Origin: Gemmatimonadaceae bacterium | Lineage (GTDB): Bacteria; Gemmatimonadota; Gemmatimonadetes; Gemmatimonadales; Gemmatimonadaceae | Length of the DNA: 64,000 nt | Direction of reading: 5' to 3' | Assembly: GCA_031374935.1 (NCBI GenBank) | Contig: JANMHB010000183.1 | Location: 9,820 to 73,819, forward strand | In this document: in pieces, positions 1 to 8,258 of the stretch | Numbering within the stretch: the first letter of the stretch is position 1 | Layout: every line of letters starts with the position of its first letter | The notes under the pieces: generated by a model | What the model was told of the DNA's origin: nothing | Database searches by the model: none | What the model saw: the letters and a program-made list of their open reading frames with translations, nothing else | Program-made: the position numbers and the translations under genes

Positions 1-1060
1 CCAGATGACCCGTCAGCGCGGCCTGGATTGCAATCGTCGCCGTTTCAGCGTCGCGCAATTCGCCGACCATGATGATGTCGGGGTCATGACGGAGGATCGA
101 GCGCAGCGCCGCGGCGAACCCCATGCCGGCCCGCACGTTCACCGGCACCTGCGTCACGCCATCGATGCGATACTCGATCGGATCTTCAACCGTGACGATC
201 TTGACGGCCTGCGTGTTGAGCCGGGCGAGTGCGGCGTAGAGCGTGGTCGTCTTCCCCGACCCGGTGGGGCCGGTGACGAGCAGCAATCCACCGGTGCGTC
301 CGAGCAGGCGCTCGACCTGCGTGCGGACGTGCTCCGGCATGCCGAGCGTGGTGAGTTCCGGCGTCGTCACGCCAGGATCGAGCAGGCGGAGCACGATGCC
401 TTCGCCATGCAATCCCGGCAGGGTCGAAACGCGCAGGTCGACCTCGCGCCCTTCGAGGCGAATCCGGATCCGACCATCCTGCGGCTTGCGGCGTTCGGCG
501 ATGTCGAGCCCCGCCATGATCTTGATGCGACTCACCACCGCGGCCTGATACTGTCGGCCGACCCGCGTCATCTCGCGCAGGACGCCGTCGAGTCGATATC
601 GCACGCGCAGTTCGGCCGACAGCGGCTCGAAGTGCACGTCGCTGGCACCGGCCCGCAGTGCGTCGAGCAGCGTGACGTTGACCAATCGGATGACCGGCTC
701 CTGCTCGGCCAGTGCACGCAAGTCATCGAGCGGCTGCTCGTCGCCGTCAGCCGTTGCCAACACCGAGGCCTCGTCGGATGGGCCTTCGCGTTCTGCCGTG
801 AGCAGCGCGGCCTGAATCTCACCGATCGGGTGTTCGACCAGGCGAATCGGTCGCTCGAACAGTCGTCCCAATTCATCGAGGACCGTCGAGTCGGGTGTCG
901 CACCGACGGCCAGCACCAGCATTCCGTCGTCATCAACGCCAAGTGGCAGCAGGGTATGCTCCTCCAGATACCGCGGCGACAGCCGACGCGCGAGCACACC
1001 GGTGGCGGCATCGCGCAGATCGCGTGCGGGCGGCGGAGCGTCCTCGCGCACGAGTGTCAC
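1..1060 (-). CDS. gspE: GspE/PilB-family secretion ATPase (partial; 3' end lies beyond the window start)
   Basis: Absent from the ORF track because it runs off the window. My translation from GTG at 1060 gives VTLVREDAPPPARDL...RLVNVTLLDALRAGASDVHFEP...RVSTLPGLHGEGIVLRLLD...GLLLVTGPTGSGKTTT (Walker A, about 245-290)...VEDPIEY...DPDIIMVGELRD. The GTG overlaps the gspD stop (GTGA at 1057-1060). Confidence 0.9.
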   Translation of the reverse strand, partial: MTLVREDAPPPARDLRDAATGVLARRLSPRYLEEHTLLPLGVDDDGMLVLAVGATPDSTVLDELGRLFERPIRLVEHPIGEIQAALLTAEREGPSDEASVLATADGDEQPLDDLRALAEQEPVIRLVNVTLLDALRAGASDVHFEPLSAELRVRYRLDGVLREMTRVGRQYQAAVVSRIKIMAGLDIAERRKPQDGRIRIRLEGREVDLRVSTLPGLHGEGIVLRLLDPGVTTPELTTLGMPEHVRTQVERLLGRTGGLLLVTGPTGSGKTTTLYAALARLNTQAVKIVTVEDPIEYRIDGVTQVPVNVRAGMGFAAALRSILRHDPDIIMVGELRDAETATIAIQAALTGHL

Positions 1061-2838
1061 GGCTTCTTCCCTGCCGGTGGAACCGCCGGGCGAGCCAGCG
1101 TGCGCGCATCGCCCGCTTCCGGATTTCGCGTCCGCTGGCGCGCGCGTTCGAAGAGCGCATCGGCTTCGGCGTCGGTCCGCACGATGTATGGCGTGATGAA
1201 GATGGCAAGCTCCGTGCGCGACTTCGCCGTCGTCTGACGCTTGAACAGATAGCCGAGCAGCGGAATGTCCTTCAGGAATGGCACACCGCTGTTGATCAAC
1301 TCGGTGGTGGTACCGATCAACCCGCCGATCACGACCGTCTGCCCATCGCGAACGATGGCACGCGTGGACGCCTCGCGGGTGGTGATGACGGGCGCGTTGA
1401 GCGCGGCCTGCACCGTTTGCGTGGAGAGGCTGCTGACTTCCTGCAGGAGCTGGACACTCACGTAGCCATCGTCATTGATGGTCGGTATGACCGTCAGCTG
1501 CGTTCCGACGTCCTGATATTGCACGGCGCGATCGATGGCCACATCGTTGCCAAGGCGCGTCGACGCGATGAACGGGACCTTGCTGCCCACCAGGATACGC
1601 GCTTCGCGGTTGTTCACCGCCAGCACCTCCGGTGTACTGAGGACGTTGACGGTGGACGCCGAGGCGATCGTCCGCAGCACGGCGCGCACGTCGATCTTGC
1701 CGAGTCGTGTGACCCGTCCGATCACATCCTGCACCGGATCCAGCGAATCGGGCACCAGCGGCTGTCCGAGCTGCACCCCGCCGTTGCTGCGAATGCCACC
1801 CGTGGCGGCGGCCCAGTTGATCCCGAACTCGGTACCGCGGCCGAGGATCACTTCCGCCACCGTCACTTCCATCAGCACCTGCACCGGTCGGCGATCGAGG
1901 GAATCGATCGTTTCGCGCAGCAGCGTGATGTTCGACGGCGCGGTGCGGATGACCAGCGAGTTGCTGGGTGGGCTGGAGACGACGATGGTCTGCCCGATCA
2001 GCGATCCCGGTCCGCGTGAGGTGTCGCGATAGATCGGGGCCGACGCCACCGGTGCCGGCGGCTGCAGGCTCTGGCGCTGCCGCATCGTCTCGGATTCTCG
2101 TTCGCGGAACGCGCTGGTACTGCGCGACAGTGCCTGGTCGTCGAGCGAGCTCCGACGACCGGCGGCGACGGTGGCGCCGTACAGTTGGCCCAACACACCG
2201 GCGAGGTCGTCCGAGTTGGCATACTTCAGCTTCACCACGTAGGTGCGCAAGCCATCTTCGCCCTGCGTCGACAGATCGAGGCGCCGCAACAGGTCGAGGT
2301 ACCGCGCCACATTCGTACCGCGATCGGTCATCAGGACCGAGTTCGAGCGGGCGACGGATTCGAGGCGTGCATTGGGACCAGCGATCGGCTTGAGCGCCGC
2401 CACCGCTTCATCCGCGCGGATGTGCTGCAGCGGAACCAGTCGCGAGATCACACCGACCGGCACCGGATCGGGCAGATCGAACCCGACGCCCAGCTGGCTG
2501 CCAGCGGGCGTCTGGCCGGCGGGGACGACCTGTGCGACCGATCCGTTCCGCACCATGACCAGGCCATGCGACTCGAGCAGCGATTCGAGGATGGTCGCGA
2601 GTTCCGGGGCGCGGACCGGCGTGGCCGTGTTGAGCGTCACGCGCTTGTCCGGCACATCGGTGGCGACGATGGTGATGCCGATCATCTGCCCCATCGCGAC
2701 GATCACATCTTCGAGATGTGCGTTGGCAAAACGCAGCGTGCTCGCGGCCGGTCGCATCGGGCCCTGCGCCACCATCGGCGTGGCCGCCGCAAGCGCGAGC
2801 GCGACGACCACACTGCGCCACAACCCGCGCGCGATCAT
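1057..2838 (-). CDS. gspD: Secretin (GspD/PilQ family) outer-membrane channel
   Basis: 593 aa. Signal peptide MIARGLWRSVVVALALAAATPMVAQG. N0-like domain (LRFANAHLEDVIVAMGQMIGITIV). Canonical secretin C-terminus VVIGGLIGTTTELINSGVPFLKDIPLLGYLFKRQTTAKSRTELAIFITPYIV. Confidence 0.9.
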   Translation of the reverse strand: MIARGLWRSVVVALALAAATPMVAQGPMRPAASTLRFANAHLEDVIVAMGQMIGITIVATDVPDKRVTLNTATPVRAPELATILESLLESHGLVMVRNGSVAQVVPAGQTPAGSQLGVGFDLPDPVPVGVISRLVPLQHIRADEAVAALKPIAGPNARLESVARSNSVLMTDRGTNVARYLDLLRRLDLSTQGEDGLRTYVVKLKYANSDDLAGVLGQLYGATVAAGRRSSLDDQALSRSTSAFRERESETMRQRQSLQPPAPVASAPIYRDTSRGPGSLIGQTIVVSSPPSNSLVIRTAPSNITLLRETIDSLDRRPVQVLMEVTVAEVILGRGTEFGINWAAATGGIRSNGGVQLGQPLVPDSLDPVQDVIGRVTRLGKIDVRAVLRTIASASTVNVLSTPEVLAVNNREARILVGSKVPFIASTRLGNDVAIDRAVQYQDVGTQLTVIPTINDDGYVSVQLLQEVSSLSTQTVQAALNAPVITTREASTRAIVRDGQTVVIGGLIGTTTELINSGVPFLKDIPLLGYLFKRQTTAKSRTELAIFITPYIVRTDAEADALFERARQRTRNPEAGDARTLARPAVPPAGKKP

Positions 2839-3377
2839 GGGGTCGCTCCACGGACGGCGAGTGTCAGCACCACCGGTCCGCTGGGGCCGGAGAGTTCGAC
2901 TCGATCCGCACCGATACTGCGCACGCGGTAGCCGGCCACGCCTTCGCCGAGGTGAAAGAGCCGTGACCCGCGCGCTGCCGGATCGAGTCGCAGCAGGGCG
3001 GCGGCCCCGAGTGGGCCATTGACGACGCCGTAGAGCGCGGGCACCGGATCGCTGTCGGACGACGTCATCTCGACACCGGAGGTGCTGTCAGACGGTGTGG
3101 CGGCAGCGGTGAGCAGCGGATCGACCGGCCCGGCCACGAAGGTGCGCGCCAATGGCGCCCGGCGGGTGAGCGAGAAGATGTTGGCGTTCACGATGCTGTC
3201 CGTGAGGGCGGTCGCGGTGGATGGCATAGGCGGAACAACAGCGCTGAGCGCAGGCAATGAGGGAGCAACGGACGCAACGGCAGTGCTGGCGGGCCAAGCG
3301 AAGAAGGCTGCGGTGGCGAGGACGCCAGTTGCAGTCACGGCCTGCAGCATGAGCACCAGACGGTTCGGGAGAGTCAT
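2835..3377 (-). CDS. T2SS accessory protein: N-terminal membrane anchor plus C-terminal PilP/GspC-HR-like beta domain (tentative)
   Basis: 180 aa. TM segment LVLMLQAVTATGVLATAAFFAW. C-terminal YGVVNGPLGAAALLRLDPAARGSRLFHLGEGVAGYRVRSIGADRVELSG resembles PilP/GspC HR domains. ATGA overlaps on both sides (3374-3377 and 2835-2838). Confidence 0.5.
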   Translation of the reverse strand: MTLPNRLVLMLQAVTATGVLATAAFFAWPASTAVASVAPSLPALSAVVPPMPSTATALTDSIVNANIFSLTRRAPLARTFVAGPVDPLLTAAATPSDSTSGVEMTSSDSDPVPALYGVVNGPLGAAALLRLDPAARGSRLFHLGEGVAGYRVRSIGADRVELSGPSGPVVLTLAVRGATP

Positions 3378-3964
3378 TCGATCACGAAGGGTGCACGGAC
3401 GGTGAGCGTGACCTGCAGCAGTTCGCCACCACCCTCGGCGCGGCGCGCAGGGTTGATCTGAACCGTCAGTTCGCGCACGTCGAGCAGCGTAGTGCCGTTC
3501 TGCACCCGCGACAGCAGGTCGGCGATACCGAAGACGTCACCGAGTGCGATCAGCGTGGCCGGCAGGGCCGCCAACGGGACGGCTGTGGAATCGGGTTCAC
3601 CGGAAACATTGAGTTCACTCACGCTGAGCTGACTTTCGTCGGCATAGCGCTGGAGCACCCCCTGCAAGACGCCAGCGGCCAACGCGGCAGTCGCGGCTGC
3701 GACCGGACGCTGCGGATACTCGGCGGCGCGCGCCGACCGCGCGTCGACGGCGGCACGCAGCACCGATTCGGCAGCCTTCACCCCGTGCAAGCGCGCCAAC
3801 TCCCCGCGGCGCGCACTGATCAGCGCTTCGCGATCGCCCCATCGCTTGACGACGGGGATGACGAGTGCCAGCACCAGCACACAGACCACGGCGCCCGCTC
3901 CCCACGTGAGCGTGCGGCGGTCGCGAGCCGAGAGCCCGTCAGCGGAAAGCAAAGGCGATGGCAA
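3374..3964 (-). CDS. gspM: GspM/PilO-like T2SS inner-membrane platform protein
   Basis: 196 aa with a short cytoplasmic N-terminus, a single TM (GAGAVVCVLVLALVIPVV), a coiled region and a C-terminal alpha/beta domain. Position after gspL fits. The only available start is TTG (3964 or 3952), so the start is uncertain. Confidence 0.6.
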   Translation of the reverse strand: MPSPLLSADGLSARDRRTLTWGAGAVVCVLVLALVIPVVKRWGDREALISARRGELARLHGVKAAESVLRAAVDARSARAAEYPQRPVAAATAALAAGVLQGVLQRYADESQLSVSELNVSGEPDSTAVPLAALPATLIALGDVFGIADLLSRVQNGTTLLDVRELTVQINPARRAEGGGELLQVTLTVRAPFVIE

Positions 3965-5093
3965 AGGTCTCCCGGTCTACGGCGCCGTCACGGAACCGAT
4001 TGCTTGGTGCCAGAAAGCGAACCTTCCCGAATGCAGGTTCAGCGGCGAGCGCCGCCAACACCGCGGCGGCGGTCTGCGCATTGCCTTCGACCTGCCATTC
4101 GTTGCCAACCACGCGCACGCGTTGCGCCACTGCGGCCGCCGGCAGGCGAGCGCCCAACGCCGCCATCGCCGCCACGACGTCGGGCCGCGTTGCAGTGGTG
4201 GTGCTGATCGCGGCCAGTTCACGGTCGATCGCCATCGCGCGCGACGACAACTCCACGCCGGTGGTCGAGGCCCGTCGGGCAGCGACGAGCTCCGACTCGA
4301 GCGACGACAGCAACCGATCGCGGGATGCACCAGCCGCCCAGCCGGCGGCACCAACGGCCACCACCGTGGCCGTCGCCCATGCGAGCAGCCGACGACGCTG
4401 CTCGGAGACGAATCCACGTTCGAGCCATGGAGTCAGCAGCATGGTGTCGATCGTGCCATCGAAGCCGAGCACTGCACCGAGCGCGACACCGAACGCCGGA
4501 TCGAGATCCTTCGCCAGCGATGGCGACGCCGGTGCGGCCGCCAGGTCACTCGCGCGTGCGCGACGGATGCCGCGAAGGACGCCGTCCTTCATTTCGATGG
4601 CCCCGACTTCCCCGCTGCCCGCATCGAGCGCCGCACTGGTGGCGGTGTGCCCGGCAGCGATCAGTGCCCGTGCTAGCGCCATCGGCGCGGGTTCGACGCG
4701 CCGTACGGTGCTCCAGCGCGAGAGTGCACGCACACACGCATCCACCAGCGAACCGTCCGCCGCCAGCGCGAGGTCGGCATCCGGCGTCAGCGCCACCGCC
4801 GTCGATGCACCCGGTTGCACGGCGAACCAGCGCTCAGGCTCGACGGTGAGCATCTGACGACGAGCCGCGTGAGCCACGGGGGGAAGCTTGACCTGCTTGA
4901 CGTGAAGGTGGGCGAGCCCGATGGCCAGCCCGATGCCGCGCACGTCACCCGCCGCGGTGGAGAGTTGCGTGACCATCTCATCGAGCCGCTCCGGCACGAA
5001 CGGCAGCTCGTAGGTGCGCAGTCGGCCGGCGCGTGAGCGTACGACGGCGCGCACGCGTTCGGCGCCGATCTCGATCCCGACGACGCCGCTCAC
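3939..5093 (-). CDS. gspL: GspL-like protein (actin-like PilM-type cytoplasmic domain, TM, PilN-like periplasmic domain)
   Basis: Track ORF 3939-5309 trimmed to GTG at 5093 (VSGVVGIEIGAERVRAVV...), which overlaps the gspK stop as GTGA. TM at LLAWATATVVAVGAAGWAAGA. Periplasmic C-terminus ends FAIAFAFR. Confidence 0.7.
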   Translation of the reverse strand: MSGVVGIEIGAERVRAVVRSRAGRLRTYELPFVPERLDEMVTQLSTAAGDVRGIGLAIGLAHLHVKQVKLPPVAHAARRQMLTVEPERWFAVQPGASTAVALTPDADLALAADGSLVDACVRALSRWSTVRRVEPAPMALARALIAAGHTATSAALDAGSGEVGAIEMKDGVLRGIRRARASDLAAAPASPSLAKDLDPAFGVALGAVLGFDGTIDTMLLTPWLERGFVSEQRRRLLAWATATVVAVGAAGWAAGASRDRLLSSLESELVAARRASTTGVELSSRAMAIDRELAAISTTTATRPDVVAAMAALGARLPAAAVAQRVRVVGNEWQVEGNAQTAAAVLAALAAEPAFGKVRFLAPSNRFRDGAVDRETFAIAFAFR

Positions 5094-5851
5094 AGGTCCC
5101 GCTCCCGCCAGCGGACGAACGCCAGCTGATTGCCCTGCACCGCGTAAACGGCCTGCACTTCGTGCGTCAGCGGATGGCCGCGCTGCCAGCCGCGGGCAAT
5201 GAACATCACCCGCGACGGCTCGTCGATGAGGCTTCCGCGGGCGACGCCGAGGACGACCGGCGGCGCGGTGTTCTGATTGACTTGCCCGTCCCCATCGACC
5301 GTGAGCCACTGGGACGCATCGGCGATCAGCTTCCGTCCGACTTGCGGCACGGCGGCCACATCGTCGAGCGAATTGAAGAGCAGCGCCTGGCCCGGCACGG
5401 CATCGATGTGCTGGCGGATCGCGCGCGCCGCCTCGACCGCCTCCGCCGCATGTCCGGCACGCGCGAACAGTGCCGCCAGCGCCTCTTCCGGCGCGGCATT
5501 GACATCGATCCGAGCGCTCACATCCACCATGATCACCTGCACGCTGGCGTCGCCCATCGCGAAACTCGCCACATCGCTCACTGCGCGCTCCGGTGCGTTG
5601 AGCAGGGCCTTGCGCTTCATCGCATCATCCGACGCCGCTTCCATCCGCTGCTGCACCGCGGCAACGGCGGCCACCACACCACTCTCAGCGGCATAGCGGG
5701 CGATGGCGCGCGCACGCGCATTCGCCGTCACATCGCTGGTCGTCCGTGAGCCGGCCGTGACCGCTGCCGCCACACCGCCAAGGATGACGAGGATCCAGAG
5801 CACGAGGATCAGCGCCACGCCGCGTCGCCGATGCACGCTGCGCGTCATCAC
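5090..5851 (-). CDS. gspK: Minor pseudopilin GspK
   Basis: 253 aa. N-terminus HRRRGVALILVLWILVILGGVAAAV is the GspK-type prepilin segment without Glu5. IDVNAAPEEAL matches the GspK helix-hairpin-helix-like motif. Confidence 0.8.
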   Translation of the reverse strand: MMTRSVHRRRGVALILVLWILVILGGVAAAVTAGSRTTSDVTANARARAIARYAAESGVVAAVAAVQQRMEAASDDAMKRKALLNAPERAVSDVASFAMGDASVQVIMVDVSARIDVNAAPEEALAALFARAGHAAEAVEAARAIRQHIDAVPGQALLFNSLDDVAAVPQVGRKLIADASQWLTVDGDGQVNQNTAPPVVLGVARGSLIDEPSRVMFIARGWQRGHPLTHEVQAVYAVQGNQLAFVRWRERDL

Positions 5852-6426
5852 AGTCCGCCCACCGGTGCCGTGCGCGCGACCAGTGTCGCCATCGACTCGC
5901 GGCCGGCGGCATCGAGAAAACGCACCTCGACCGCGGACGGCAGCCGCGTCGGATCATTCCAGTCGCCGCGCCACGCACCGTCTTCCTGCGCCAGGAATCG
6001 CACCGCGAACGAACGCGAGCCGCGCCAATGGAGCTGCAATGTCGAACGCACGGAGTCGAGTGGCGCGGCCGACAACGTCACGCCCGCCGAATCGGTCGAG
6101 AGTCCGACCCGCCACGGGCCGCTGCCGCCCAGTGGTGCCATGATGCCGCGTGACACGAATGACAACCGGGTGAGCACCCCAGTCGCATCGGCGTCGGTGT
6201 GCAGGCCGCGCACATCACGCGCATTCCCCGCCACCGCGTGCCGGAGGGCATCGCTCAGCATGGCGCGCATCGCCGTCTCGGTGGCGTCAGCTTCACGCGA
6301 CGCCGCAACGCGATCCTGAACGTCGAGGCCTGCGCCCAGCGTGGCATACGCCAGCAGCACCGCCACGCTGCCGATCAGCAGCGCGATCATGACTTCGATC
6401 AGGGTGAAGCCGCGCCGTGTCTTCAC
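5848..6426 (-). CDS. gspJ: Minor pseudopilin GspJ-like
   Basis: Track ORF 5848-6798 trimmed to GTG at 6426 (VKTRRGFTLIEVMIALLIGSVAVLLAY). This carries the classical prepilin motif G|FTLIE. GTGA overlap with the gspI stop. Confidence 0.7.
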   Translation of the reverse strand: MKTRRGFTLIEVMIALLIGSVAVLLAYATLGAGLDVQDRVAASREADATETAMRAMLSDALRHAVAGNARDVRGLHTDADATGVLTRLSFVSRGIMAPLGGSGPWRVGLSTDSAGVTLSAAPLDSVRSTLQLHWRGSRSFAVRFLAQEDGAWRGDWNDPTRLPSAVEVRFLDAAGRESMATLVARTAPVGGL

Positions 6427-6737
6427 CGGGCGCTGACCAGACGATGCAGCACGACGCTCGCGCCAGCCGGAGGCGGCACATCGACCGTCACCACGATTTC
6501 GCGCAGTCCGTGCTTCCACGGTCGGAGTTCGACGCGACGCCGCAGCCCACCGCTCGAATCCGTCAGTGCTTCCGGTGCCAGCACGGCGCGCTCCATCGTC
6601 AGCTCGGCCACCGCCACCGCCTGCGACCACGACGCGGTATCGCGCGTGCTGACGCTGACCCGCTGGAAGAGCTCCAGAAAGCCGACGGCCGCAAGACCGA
6701 GGATCACCAGCGCGACGATGGATTCGAGTAACGTCAT
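6423..6737 (-). CDS. gspI: Minor pseudopilin GspI-like with an atypical, apparently leaderless N-terminus
   Basis: Track ORF 6423-6788 trimmed to ATG at 6737, which overlaps the gspH stop as ATGA. N-terminus MTLLESIVALVILGLAAVGFLELF has Glu at position 5 and the hydrophobic pilin helix. Size (104 aa) and position fit GspI. Confidence 0.6.
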   Translation of the reverse strand: MTLLESIVALVILGLAAVGFLELFQRVSVSTRDTASWSQAVAVAELTMERAVLAPEALTDSSGGLRRRVELRPWKHGLREIVVTVDVPPPAGASVVLHRLVSAR

Positions 6738-7159
6738 CTGTTCCGGACGATCGACGGCCGAGCCACGGCACAGCGCGCGGGGTCCCACGCGCTTCCACCG
6801 AGTACGGCAGTCCCCTCAGGCAGACAGGCGCCGAGGGCAGTGATTATGAGCGATTGCGCGATGCCCGCATCGGACTTGGCCGCGATGGCCTCGCCCGACA
6901 GCAGGATTGCAGCCGAAGTGTCGGCAGTTGCGCGGACGGTCCACGCGCCTGCCGCATCAAATTGGAGGTGGACCGATTCACCGCGCCGGATCGCCAGCGC
7001 GCGGGCACGCTCGAGCACCGTCAGCTGGTCGGCTGAGCGGACTGGACGGCTGAGAACTGGGAGAACGAACGCAGCGGCCAGCCCAAGCATCACGAGCACC
7101 ACGAGGAGCTCGAGCAGCGTGAAGGCGCGCCGGCGCCTGGGTGGAGGTAGCCGTTGCAT
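6734..7159 (-). CDS. gspH: Minor pseudopilin GspH-like
   Basis: Track ORF 6734-7294 trimmed to ATG at 7159 (MQRLPPPRRRRAFTLLELLVVLVMLGLAAAFVL). Prepilin-type segment with Ala rather than Gly before FTLLE. Confidence 0.65.
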   Translation of the reverse strand: MQRLPPPRRRRAFTLLELLVVLVMLGLAAAFVLPVLSRPVRSADQLTVLERARALAIRRGESVHLQFDAAGAWTVRATADTSAAILLSGEAIAAKSDAGIAQSLIITALGACLPEGTAVLGGSAWDPARCAVARPSIVRNR

Positions 7160-7377
7160 AAGGGCCAATCGAAGGGTCCAGCTCGTCGGGCGATCGGGTG
7201 GGATCGTACGACAGTGGGAGGTCACCGGGGTCCAGCAATGGATGAGGCAAGGGTCACGCCGCGAGACCGCCAGGCGCCGGTTCTTCCACGCCATCGACGA
7301 CTGAGCGCCCGGATCGTCTCAGGCGTTTCCAAGGGCGACTGGCGAAACCGCCCCCGCGTGGCCACCGTACTCTGACC

Positions 7378-8103
7378 ATGCCACAACTCCCCGCAGTGGA
7401 AGCGCAGCCGCCGGCGTCCGCGACGCCGGCTCCCGGTCAGGCGGTGGCGACGTCGGCCCCCGCGGCGCCGTCTGGTCCGATCTCTCAGGAGCAGGCCGAG
7501 TTCTTGCGCGCCAAACGGACCGCGCTCAGCAACCAGCTGGAGTCGGTGCAGGATCGGCGAGACGATGTCGCCGAACAGCTGCGCCAGCCAGAAACGTCGG
7601 CCAGCGAACGCCCGGGGCTGGAAAACCGGCTGCGCGTGCTCGACGAGCGGTTGATCCAGATCGAACGAGAGATGGCGGTGAATTCGGCGCAGCTGGCGAA
7701 TGCCCCGCCCAGGCGGTCGTCCGAGGGAACCACTGCGGTCGCCGGGGGGCGAGGCGACCGCCCGGCGCGCGGATTCAATCCAAACCTCGTCACCGTCCTC
7801 AGCTTTATGCTCCTGGCGCCGTTCGCATTTCAGATCGCGCGCCGGTGGTTCGCCCCCAACAGTCCGCGGTACGACCGACAGCAGTTGGCCGAAGCGGCGG
7901 CGTTGCGCGACCGCATGGACAAGATGGAGAGCGCGGTCGAAGCGGTGGCGATCGAAGTCGAGCGGATCGGCGAGGGGCAGCGTTTCCTGACGCAGGCCAT
8001 GAGCGAGCCGATCGCACGGGCTCGCAGCGCGGTGGCAGCGGCGGTGCCTGGGGCGGCCGACGGCGCTCGGTTCCAGGAACGCGACGCGGCTGAGCGGCGC
8101 TGA
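7378..8103 (+). CDS. Hypothetical single-pass membrane protein with coiled-coil segments
   Basis: 241 aa. Ala/Pro-rich N-terminus, heptad-like EQAEFLRAKRTALSNQLESVQDRRDDVAEQL, TM LVTVLSFMLLAPFAFQIA, then a second helical region. Divergent from the T2SS operon. Confidence 0.6.
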   Translation: MPQLPAVEAQPPASATPAPGQAVATSAPAAPSGPISQEQAEFLRAKRTALSNQLESVQDRRDDVAEQLRQPETSASERPGLENRLRVLDERLIQIEREMAVNSAQLANAPPRRSSEGTTAVAGGRGDRPARGFNPNLVTVLSFMLLAPFAFQIARRWFAPNSPRYDRQQLAEAAALRDRMDKMESAVEAVAIEVERIGEGQRFLTQAMSEPIARARSAVAAAVPGAADGARFQERDAAERR

Positions 8104-8258
8104 GATCCGCCCCGGAGCTCGGGGAAGTCAGGATCGGCGTGCATGTCTCCAACCGGGCGCCCTCGGCGGCCAAGGGCTGCGTCTTCCGTTCGGCCGTGCA
8201 CGTCAATGCGGCACCGACCCCGGCGGCAACCGACTCGGCAGCATAGAATGTCCACCGA

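Noticed and set aside
5-1237. 410-aa + strand ORF, the longest listed ORF at the window start
   Set aside because: It is antisense to a textbook GspE ATPase on the - strand (Walker A GPTGSGKTT and other motifs). Its own translation is Arg/His-rich with no motifs, which is typical high-GC shadow ORF behaviour.
5848-6798. 316-aa version of the gspJ-like ORF
   Set aside because: The upstream 124 codons overlap the gspI-like gene in another frame and are Arg/Gly-rich. The prepilin motif sits right after the GTG at 6426, which also forms a GTGA overlap with the gspI stop.
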